In this document: positions 27,133-33,740 of the stretch, piece by piece | Numbering within the stretch: the first letter of the stretch is position 1 | How the letters are laid out: the number at the start of each line of letters is the position of its first letter | Origin: a virus | Reading direction: 5' to 3' (one strand) | UHGV virus genome: UHGV-0123288 | Length of the DNA: 41,460 nt | Program-made: the position numbers and the translations under genes | Notes under the pieces: generated by a model | What the model saw: only the letters and a program-made list of their open reading frames with translations | Databases searched by the model: none | What the model was told of the DNA's origin: nothing

Positions 27133-27552
27133 TTATTCAAATTCTTTGATACTTTCAATAAGGTTGTTAAGTTTGCGTGCCTTTTTGCCTAAGTTAATTG
27201 CCTGTTGCTCCAAGCGGTCACGCTTTTTGAATAAGTGTTCTGCTTCCGTTGTTAGTGAGTCAATTTTAGCTTGTACACTAGACTTCAAGTCTATAGTTGT
27301 TTTAAAAGTTGGTGTTTCTTCTTTTTCAACTAATTCATATTGTCTTTCTGAGATGAAATAGTATGGATATTCATCATTTAAATAAATATAGCAATCATCA
27401 GTTAAAGTACTCTTATATTCTACAATTTTATATGTTTTACCAATTTCTAAACCAAGTCTTTTGTCAATGTTATGTGGTCCTAAATATTTTGTAATTTTAG
27501 CATATTTTGTCATTTCTTTTTCCTCCAATTTGTTTGTTGTTATCTTATACAC
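27133..27552 (-). CDS. early paralog-family protein A (N-terminal beta-rich domain + C-terminal coiled coil)
   Basis: 139 aa with its own promoter/operator. Its C-terminus ...IESIKEFE parallels that of 27589..27984. Confidence 0.55.
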   Translation of the reverse strand: MYKITTNKLEEKEMTKYAKITKYLGPHNIDKRLGLEIGKTYKIVEYKSTLTDDCYIYLNDEYPYYFISERQYELVEKEETPTFKTTIDLKSSVQAKIDSLTTEAEHLFKKRDRLEQQAINLGKKARKLNNLIESIKEFE

Positions 27553-27554
27553 CT

Positions 27555-27583
27555 ACTATACCATGTGATATAGTAGGTGTCAA
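27555..27583 (-). promoter_or_regulatory. early promoter TTGACA-17-TATAGT with same inverted repeat cacctactata/tatagtaggtg
   Basis: Near-identical to the 27099..27127 element. Confidence 0.65.
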
Positions 27584-27588
27584 GTGTT

Positions 27589-27984
27589 TTACTTAAATTC
27601 TTTTAAAATTTCTAGGGCTTTTTTCGCTTCCTTTAGTTTATTGATTTTATCACGCAATTTAACTTCCTGTCTATCCATTCGTTCCATTTTATCAAATATA
27701 TTTTGACGTTCAACACTTAGTACTTCAATTTTATCATTTAGCCGTTGTTCAACGTCCACTGTGATTGTTGCGGTTGGTTGTTCAAAAATTTCAAATTTTA
27801 TTTTAGCGTATTTGTCATTCATGCAGTATAGAATATAATAACTTCCGTTTTCTTCACCATCATTATCAATAATACATTTATTTGCTACTGTATAAATACC
27901 TCCTTTAGTCCACCAATCGAACCCACCATCTTGTGTGCAAATTAATTTCATACCGTCTTTTAAGTCGTTTTCCGTGTATCTCAT
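27589..27984 (-). CDS. early paralog-family protein B
   Basis: 131 aa. The N-terminal segment GMKLICTQDGGFDWWTKGGIYTV is homologous to that of 28398..28655. Its C-terminal coiled coil ends ...LKEFK. Confidence 0.55.
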   Translation of the reverse strand: MRYTENDLKDGMKLICTQDGGFDWWTKGGIYTVANKCIIDNDGEENGSYYILYCMNDKYAKIKFEIFEQPTATITVDVEQRLNDKIEVLSVERQNIFDKMERMDRQEVKLRDKINKLKEAKKALEILKEFK

Positions 27985-28245
27985 TTATTCTTCCTCCCAT
28001 TCGTTGATTGTTACTAAACCAATTGGTTGTAGTATTGGTGTGTCATTACCTAACCATTCAATAAGCCGTGTGCTTACTATGCGTCCGCCATATGTCTTAG
28101 TGGTGTCAATTTCAACATTGCGTAATTGATTTGCTTTGAAAATCATACTAACCTCTCTATCATGATAAATGACCGCTTCATCATATGATTCAAATAAACG
28201 ATATTTTGTTAAGTGTCCTATAAATGTTGTCACCATGTATTGCAT
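27985..28245 (-). CDS. hypothetical protein
   Basis: 86-aa ORF downstream of the 18-bp-arm palindromic promoter. Confidence 0.45.
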   Translation of the reverse strand: MQYMVTTFIGHLTKYRLFESYDEAVIYHDREVSMIFKANQLRNVEIDTTKTYGGRIVSTRLIEWLGNDTPILQPIGLVTINEWEEE

Positions 28246-28286
28246 TTATAATTCCTCCAATTTGTTTGTTGTTATCTTATATACTT

Positions 28287-28329
28287 ACTATAACATGTTG
28301 ACATTTATTTGTCAACATGTTATAGTAAA
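28287..28329. promoter_or_regulatory. perfect 18-bp-arm palindrome containing TTGACA-17-TATAGT on both strands
   Basis: The arms are tactataacatgttgaca and tgtcaacatgttatagta, around a tttattt centre. A run of T(11) follows on the + strand. Confidence 0.6.
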
Positions 28330-28397
28330 TTTTTTTTTTTAAATTATTTTGTCAGTTTGGTAAGTTCTTTTGTCAATTCTCTTTCTTCTTTGTTGTA

Positions 28398-28655
28398 TTA
28401 CTCAATTAAATATTTTGTCACTTCTTTTTCCTCATCATTTAATAATTCAAATTTTGCCTTTGCTACACCATTTAAATATTGAACAATATCAGTTACCTCA
28501 CGTTGTCCGCCTGTGTCTGATTGAATAACCAACAGTCCCATCATATTTTTAAATACTTTATAAACCTTTCCTGTCGTCCAATGTTCCCAACCGCCGTTAT
28601 CTGTACATCTTAATTTCATACCAGCTTTAATATCATTTTTGTTATACTCTTGCAT
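28398..28655 (-). CDS. early paralog-family protein C (N-terminal domain only)
   Basis: 85 aa. The segment GMKLRCTDNGGWEHWTTGKVYKV matches 27589..27984. Confidence 0.5.
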   Translation of the reverse strand: MQEYNKNDIKAGMKLRCTDNGGWEHWTTGKVYKVFKNMMGLLVIQSDTGGQREVTDIVQYLNGVAKAKFELLNDEEKEVTKYLIE

Positions 28656-28687
28656 ATTCCTTAACTCTTTCTTTATTTGATATATTT

Positions 28688-28716
28688 AGTATATTACTCT
28701 TTTTCCATTTTGTCAA
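28688..28716 (-). promoter_or_regulatory. early promoter TTGACA-17-TATACT
   Basis: Upstream of 28398..28655; aaaagtgTTGACA motif. Confidence 0.55.
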
Positions 28717-28736
28717 CACTTTTGTTCAAAAAAGTT

Positions 28737-28964
28737 TTAAAGAATTTCAATATATAGATATGAAGCTGGTGTTGTTGAAATACTCATTACCTCACGTTCA
28801 ATGTGTGGTGCAACTTTCTCATATTCTTTAGTATATTCTAGTTCTTCCGATTCTGTGAAAATACAAATCTGTTCTTCTGTTCCGTGTTCTACTAATACCA
28901 CTGTTCTTCCATATTCAACATACATCAATAATAGTCCTAGTGTAATCATTCTACACGCCCCCAA
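28737..28964 (-). CDS. hypothetical protein
   Basis: 75-aa ORF; the RBS is weak. Confidence 0.35.
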   Translation of the reverse strand: MGACRMITLGLLLMYVEYGRTVVLVEHGTEEQICIFTESEELEYTKEYEKVAPHIEREVMSISTTPASYLYIEIL

Positions 28965-29131
28965 AGTTCTTTGATAGTTTCAATCACTTCTTCTTGTTCA
29001 GCTTCAACTTTTTTACTTACAGTAATTAAGCCAGCCATTAACATGTAAATCACTTCTGCTTCATCTGCTTTTTTAATATTAATAGTTAAGTCTTTGTTTT
29101 CATCAAGTGTTAGTAATACTTTGTTTGTCAT
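28946..29131 (-). CDS. hypothetical protein
   Basis: 61-aa ORF. Confidence 0.4.
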   Translation of the reverse strand: MTNKVLLTLDENKDLTINIKKADEAEVIYMLMAGLITVSKKVEAEQEEVIETIKELWGRVE

Positions 29132-29538
29132 TACTCATTACCTCCTTTAAATACTTCATCATATAATTCTTGGATTGCTTCACGTTTCACTTTTAACATT
29201 GCAATCTGTGCTGATATTACATTACTTGGCTTTCCTATCAAATGTCCTGACAAATGACCAATATCCATATTGTATTGAATAAGTGTTCGTTGAAATGTTT
29301 TTCTAATCTTAGTGAGTTCATCAATGTTGACCAAGTTAAAATTTGAATCCCAAAATTGATTTAAGTTGTGTTCTAAGTCAAATGGTGTTGTTCCGTATTC
29401 TAATATGTCACCTTCATCACATTTAATATAGAAACCTGTTTCATTCTTTAGAATGTCATACTCTTTACCTTCTGTGTAAAATGGTTCTTGTGGGTGGCTA
29501 CTTGTGCATTTCATTTTTAAATCTTTGTATTCTGTCAT
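29131..29538 (-). CDS. early paralog-family protein D
   Basis: 135 aa. The N-terminal segment KMKCTSSHPQEPFYTEGKEYDI...GFYIKCDEGDI is homologous to that of 29535..29912. Confidence 0.5.
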   Translation of the reverse strand: MTEYKDLKMKCTSSHPQEPFYTEGKEYDILKNETGFYIKCDEGDILEYGTTPFDLEHNLNQFWDSNFNLVNIDELTKIRKTFQRTLIQYNMDIGHLSGHLIGKPSNVISAQIAMLKVKREAIQELYDEVFKGGNE

Positions 29539-29912
29539 TTTAGGTCCTCCTTAATTCTAATTAGTGTTACAAAATAATCAAAGCTAATATCTAACTCTTC
29601 CTGATTATTATAAATTAATTCAGTTGCTTTGTCAAGTAAAATCTGTACCTTTTCTTTTGGTGTACGTTCTTTCTTTTGTTTTGGTTCTGGTTGGTTGCAT
29701 ACTGTAAAATGTGAATACCATCTCTCATTTAGTTCATATAACAACCCTTCAAGCGGTGAAGTACTAGCATCATGTAAGTATCTTGTTTTTATACCATCAT
29801 CAGTCTTAATGTAAAAAGAATTATCCCAAGTATCATTATAAATCTCATATGGTCTTCCTAATGTAAATGGTTCGCCTTCTGCTACGTATGTGCATTTAAT
29901 TTTTGTTGTCAT
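29535..29912 (-). CDS. early paralog-family protein E
   Basis: 125 aa. The segment KIKCTYVAEGEPFTLGRPYEI...FYIKTDDGIK matches that of 29131..29538. Confidence 0.5.
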   Translation of the reverse strand: MTTKIKCTYVAEGEPFTLGRPYEIYNDTWDNSFYIKTDDGIKTRYLHDASTSPLEGLLYELNERWYSHFTVCNQPEPKQKKERTPKEKVQILLDKATELIYNNQEELDISFDYFVTLIRIKEDLK

Positions 29913-29933
29913 TTTTATTTCCTCCTTAGTTGT

Positions 29934-29962
29934 CTATGAAACCAGTGTACTATACGTTCTTT
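29934..29962 (-). promoter_or_regulatory. early promoter TTGACA-17-TACACT
   Basis: Upstream of 29535..29912. Confidence 0.45.
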
Positions 29963-30321
29963 AGTTTGTCAAGTCTTTTGTGTAAATCTTTTAATTTTTC
30001 ACCATAACGTTTCATTATTCCATCATACTGTTTTACATACTCTCTATAATCTGTCATGCTATCTTGAGTATAATAGAAATTCATATTATCAATACAATTG
30101 TCTAAGTCCTCTGTGAAATTGTCCTGTGTGCTTTTAATTAGCTGTTCAAGCTTTTGTACTTCAGTTTCTTCTTTATGTTGTTGTACTTCTTTTTCAGTAA
30201 TAATGTAATGCATACCATCATAGACAGTGTATTGTGCCAGTGTTTCATCATCTCCCATTTGGTCCAAGTGTTCTTGTAGTGCTACCTCTGTGTGAAATAT
30301 GTGTGCTTTACGTTTAATCAT
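29950..30321 (-). CDS. hypothetical protein
   Basis: 123-aa ORF. Confidence 0.45.
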   Translation of the reverse strand: MIKRKAHIFHTEVALQEHLDQMGDDETLAQYTVYDGMHYIITEKEVQQHKEETEVQKLEQLIKSTQDNFTEDLDNCIDNMNFYYTQDSMTDYREYVKQYDGIMKRYGEKLKDLHKRLDKLKNV

Positions 30322-30542
30322 TATTGTTCACCCTTAATTAATAGTTGAATACGTTTGTTACTTATAATATACATCCCAATTACTTCATTGTCAAGATATT
30401 TGACTAATGTTTTATATGCTGGTCCATATTCAATGTATCGTCCACGTGCTTCATATTCAAAACGTAATGGTGTTCTGTCTTGAAAAACCAGTGTGATTGT
30501 TAGGTCATTGCTGATAATGTTAATCATTTCTCTTAATTTCAT
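30321..30542 (-). CDS. hypothetical protein
   Basis: 73-aa ORF. Confidence 0.45.
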   Translation of the reverse strand: MKLREMINIISNDLTITLVFQDRTPLRFEYEARGRYIEYGPAYKTLVKYLDNEVIGMYIISNKRIQLLIKGEQ

Positions 30543-30543
30543 A

Positions 30544-30747
30544 TTATTTCACCTCTCTATTTTTGCAATAGCGTTTCATGCTTTGTATTTCTGTAATACG
30601 TCCGCTGATACGTTGAATGCGTTGCGTCATGTTTGCTACAATTACTTGGTCTACATATGCATTAGATAGTTCTGCTGATAGTCTTTCGCAAGCGTCCTTT
30701 TGTTCACAAATCAATTCTGCTTCTCTTTCGTTTAATAATTCTAACAT
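30544..30747 (-). CDS. hypothetical protein (first early gene)
   Basis: 67-aa ORF with an RBS (aggagg). It lies immediately downstream of the leftward promoter that abuts the iteron region. Confidence 0.45.
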   Translation of the reverse strand: MLELLNEREAELICEQKDACERLSAELSNAYVDQVIVANMTQRIQRISGRITEIQSMKRYCKNREVK

Positions 30748-30795
30748 GTTTATTTCCTCCTAAATTGTTTTTGTTTGTTGTGGTTTACATTTATT

Positions 30796-30824
30796 ATACT
30801 AAACCATGTTGTGTGATTTGTCAA
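30796..30824 (-). promoter_or_regulatory. leftward early promoter TTGACA-17-TAGTAT at edge of iteron region
   Basis: aaaagtgTTGACA motif. It drives the first early gene. Confidence 0.5.
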
Positions 30825-30865
30825 CACTTTTGTTTAAATTTATTGAAACTAATTAAAAATATGTG

Positions 30866-31162
30866 GGTGTTCTCGATTGTGTTCTTCATTGAAGAACATG
30901 GTTCAGCCTTAGAGCCACAAGGGATTGAACCAATGTGTTCTTCATTGGAGGTCTGTTTACTACTCACGTACCAGAATTATATTTTATATTATATATTTTT
31001 CTACAGATAGAGTAGAATATAAGAAGAACATCGAGAACACTTATAATAAAATAGACTAAGAATGTTGGTTTATCAACGTTTATAGGTGTTCTTCATTGTA
31101 ACACTTGGTTACTTAAACAGAGAACAAATCGAGAACATCAAGAACACATGAAGAACATTTCA
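30866..31162. repeat. iteron array: >=11 copies of GTGTTCT(T/C)(C/G)AT in both orientations around an AT-rich core
   Basis: Forward copies are at 30867, 30879, 30935 and 31086. Reverse copies are at 30889, 31022, 31031, 31119, 31128, 31139 and 31148. The AT-rich stretch lies at 30976-31020. Confidence 0.8.
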
Positions 31163-31205
31163 TACTGGTTAATGATTAATCTATTCCCTAAAGTACAAAT
31201 AAGTA

Positions 31206-31214
31206 TGATATAAT
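31206..31214 (+). promoter_or_regulatory. extended -10 promoter (TGaTATAAT) heading the rightward arm
   Basis: 37 nt upstream of the 31251 gene, at the edge of the iteron region. Confidence 0.5.
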
Positions 31215-31250
31215 ATAGAAGTAAAGTAAAACATATTAGGAGGAATCATA

Positions 31251-31451
31251 ATGAATAAAGAACTAGGAAACATCATTGCAATTGTATTGGCAACTATCTT
31301 AGCACTTGGTTTGTTAGCACTGAACATCTACATCTTATGGATTATTGTAGGAGTATTGTTTGCAACAGGTCACACTGTAATCGCATGGTTAGTTATTGTT
31401 AATATTGTATTTAGTGTACTATTCAAAGCAACTAAACGAGGTGATAAGTAA
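31251..31451 (+). CDS. small two-TM membrane protein
   Basis: 66 aa with an RBS (aggagg). It is the first gene of the rightward arm. Confidence 0.5.
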   Translation: MNKELGNIIAIVLATILALGLLALNIYILWIIVGVLFATGHTVIAWLVIVNIVFSVLFKATKRGDK

Positions 31452-31699
31452 TGCAACACGAACTATCAAACAAGACAGATAAACAGTTATTAAAGAGTAA
31501 CAAGGTGGACCTAGTGGCATACATCAGAACACTAGAGTGTACACTAGCCACATATGTTAACAATGCAGTAGAACCATTAGATAGTGAAGGTAATGTATAT
31601 GATAGTACACAACCATCTATCACTGAACCAACACCACACCACTTGACATCATATACCTTTAGTGATACAGTAACTAAGAAAGACATATACTCGTTCTAA
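31451..31699 (+). CDS. hypothetical protein
   Basis: 82-aa ORF, translationally coupled (TAATG). Confidence 0.45.
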   Translation: MQHELSNKTDKQLLKSNKVDLVAYIRTLECTLATYVNNAVEPLDSEGNVYDSTQPSITEPTPHHLTSYTFSDTVTKKDIYSF

Positions 31700-32094
31700 T
31701 GTATAAGAAGTGCAAGGTTGCTTTATGTAGAGAATATGTAAAGCAACCAGAGGTCTACTGTGCTAAGCACAAAGGTAACACAGCCACGCAATACAATAAG
31801 TATGTGCGAACTAATCCACAGAACAAAAGGTATGCAGAGTTCTACCAGTCAGGTGAATGGAAACGAATGAGACAATACAAGTTAAGTATCAATCCAATGT
31901 GTGAAGTATGTGAACGCAATGACCACACCAAGACGCTTGCCACTATCGTCCACCATGTGGAGGAAATACGTACACCAATTGGTTGGGAAAAACGTTTAGA
32001 TATTAATAATTTAGAATCAATTTGCCAATCCTGTCACAACAAAGAGGACCACGCTCATTCCTTTAAAAATGCAAGTAGGGCTAACCATAAATAA
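31699..32094 (+). CDS. HNH endonuclease (terminase-associated type)
   Basis: Contains CxxC...CxxC zinc ligands and an HNH core (H-H...N...CQSCHN). It is positioned upstream of terS, as in cos phages. Confidence 0.8.
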   Translation: MYKKCKVALCREYVKQPEVYCAKHKGNTATQYNKYVRTNPQNKRYAEFYQSGEWKRMRQYKLSINPMCEVCERNDHTKTLATIVHHVEEIRTPIGWEKRLDINNLESICQSCHNKEDHAHSFKNASRANHK

Positions 32095-32214
32095 TTTTAA
32101 GGGGGATAGCGCCAAAACGGTGGGGATGGTAGCTGAAAATTTTAACACCCCCCGCCAAATTTTTGGTGGCTACAATCGGAGATTCCTTCTTTTCACACAG
32201 AATTCTAAAAACGA

Positions 32215-32365
32215 AGTTTCAAAACAGCCTTTTTCCCTCGTAAAAAACGATTCAAAACTGGTTTCTTTTCAATAATATCAAACGTTTCACGCATTGTTTC
32301 ATAATCTCACTAATACGAATTTCTTCCCTCATAAACAGCACAAAACCTGGTTTCTCAAACAACAG
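32215..32365 (+). repeat. three ~20-bp direct repeats (caaaacNtggtttctY) in HNH-HNH spacer
   Basis: The copies are 32215-32240 tcaaaacagcctttttccctc, 32253-32275 tcaaaactggtttcttttcaa and 32341-32365 acaaaacctggtttctcaaac. Confidence 0.6.
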
Positions 32366-32372
32366 TTTTTGT

Positions 32373-32381
32373 GCTATAATA
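32373..32381 (+). promoter_or_regulatory. extended -10 promoter (TGcTATAAT) in HNH-HNH spacer
   Basis: The string tttttgtgctataat is identical to the 33712 copy. Confidence 0.4.
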
Positions 32382-32614
32382 TTGTTAGGGACTTTTCTTT
32401 TAAACTAAAATATATAATGAAAGGTAGGTGACAAAGCCCTATGCCAGCTCCGAAACCTATTATGGTAAAAGATTTACGCACACAACAAACCAGAGCATTT
32501 AAATCACAGACTGAGGCAGATAGATTTTATAATAAAAAATCGGGCTATTTTTAAGGACGTCAAAACTAAACTAGGTGGTAAGAATCACCATTATGAAATT
32601 ATTGAGGTGGTATA

Positions 32615-32950
32615 ATGAGTGAACAGTGGTCCAAAATAAATGGATATGATGGATACTTAATTTCATCATATGGTAATGTCGCATACAATGACGGAACAAC
32701 TAAAAAGCCACTAAAGCCATACGCAAAAGATAATGGATATTTGAATGTAGACCTATATAAGAATGGTCAAAGAACTGGTAAACGAGTTCACATCTTAGTT
32801 GCGGAAGCATTTGTAAAAGGTAAACAAGACGGACACACAGTAGACCACAAAGACCGCAACAGACACAACAACAAAGCAAGTAACCTAGAATGGAAATCAG
32901 TATCAGACCAAAATAGAAATAGGAAGAGTTGGGCAAAAGGTGGTGAATAA
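32615..32950 (+). CDS. free-standing homing endonuclease (NUMOD4 + HNH_3)
   Basis: The segment GYDGYLISSYGNVAY is NUMOD4-like. The HNH_3 core is VDHKDRNRHNNKASNLEW. Confidence 0.65.
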   Translation: MSEQWSKINGYDGYLISSYGNVAYNDGTTKKPLKPYAKDNGYLNVDLYKNGQRTGKRVHILVAEAFVKGKQDGHTVDHKDRNRHNNKASNLEWKSVSDQNRNRKSWAKGGE

Positions 32951-32952
32951 AA

Positions 32953-33426
32953 ATGGGTAGACCAAGAAAATTATTAAATGCCCAAGTTGGCAACCTTACA
33001 CAAGAGCAACAACACCAACGAAAAAAGGAAGAAGAAAAGTTAATGAACTTTGAGAAGTTAGACTTTTCATATTATCCAGCTGGCTTGTTACAACAAGCTT
33101 ATCATGAGTGGGAACGTATTTCACACTTTATTGGTGACCTACCAATTTCAGAACTTGACCAACAAGCAATGGTTAGGTATTGTAATTATAGTTACCTATA
33201 TTCAGAAATGGCTGAACAAGTTGCATATGAAGGAGCTTTGACAGAAGATGGAAAGCTAAACCCTAAAGTAACGGCTATGAACTCTTATTCTAAGGAACTA
33301 AAAAGTGCAACAAATGACTTAGGTTTAACTATAAATTCAAGATTGAAACTGGTAGCACCAAAAGAAGTTGAAGATGAATCAAAAGACCCATTAGGTCAAT
33401 TGCTTAAAATGCGTGCACAAGGATAG
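32953..33426 (+). CDS. terS: terminase small subunit (P27-like family)
   Basis: 157 aa with an N-terminus MGRPRK..., located directly upstream of TerL. Confidence 0.75.
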   Translation: MGRPRKLLNAQVGNLTQEQQHQRKKEEEKLMNFEKLDFSYYPAGLLQQAYHEWERISHFIGDLPISELDQQAMVRYCNYSYLYSEMAEQVAYEGALTEDGKLNPKVTAMNSYSKELKSATNDLGLTINSRLKLVAPKEVEDESKDPLGQLLKMRAQG

Positions 33427-33433
33427 TAAAGTG

Positions 33434-33442
33434 TGATATAAT
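33434..33442 (+). promoter_or_regulatory. extended -10 promoter (TGaTATAAT) just after terS
   Basis: The sequence is gtgTGaTATAATg. Confidence 0.4.
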
Positions 33443-33643
33443 GTATTCACAAGAACACATAACGCCTACTAATATTCAAGGATATTATGCGCACCATATG
33501 TGGCAAACGCCTTCCAGATGATTTGTAGATTAGAATAATATTGGGCAGTATTATTCAGCCGCAACGTTGCGCACCGTTGCGAACATGTTAAAAATGGTGT
33601 TGTGAGGAACGATGCGTTTGAGAGGTCCGCCAATCAAACGACA

Positions 33644-33709
33644 ACACCAAAAGACTTAGGTAAGTTTGTTATCCCCTTTGGATAAACTCATGACCTAAGT
33701 CTTTTTATT
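33644..33709 (+). terminator. structured hairpin/terminator in terS-terL spacer
   Basis: 11-bp stem aagacttaggt / acctaagtctt enclosing a nested hairpin, followed by tttttatttg. Confidence 0.5.
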
Positions 33710-33711
33710 TG

Positions 33712-33720
33712 TGCTATAAT
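33712..33720 (+). promoter_or_regulatory. extended -10 promoter (TGcTATAAT) for terL
   Basis: Directly follows the structured terminator, 20 nt before the terL RBS. Confidence 0.5.
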
Positions 33721-33740
33721 AGAAACAAGGAGGTATACAT

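Noticed and set aside
11081-30747. Searched the minus-strand arm (and the whole window) for integrase, excisionase or CI/Cro-type repressor to explain the operator-like palindromes
   Set aside because: No ORF has tyrosine- or serine-recombinase motifs or an obvious HTH_XRE repressor. The phage is treated as virulent and the regulator is left unassigned.
30905-30935. tRNA-like fragment (ggttcaatccc T-loop-like motif on minus strand) that might mark an attP core
   Set aside because: No acceptor or T-stem pairing could be built. No integrase is present. The motif is better explained as part of the imperfect dyad in the iteron region.
32069-32275. 68-aa plus-strand ORF across the HNH-HNH spacer
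   Set aside because: It has no RBS, overlaps the end of the HNH gene and runs through the direct repeats. It is likely non-coding.
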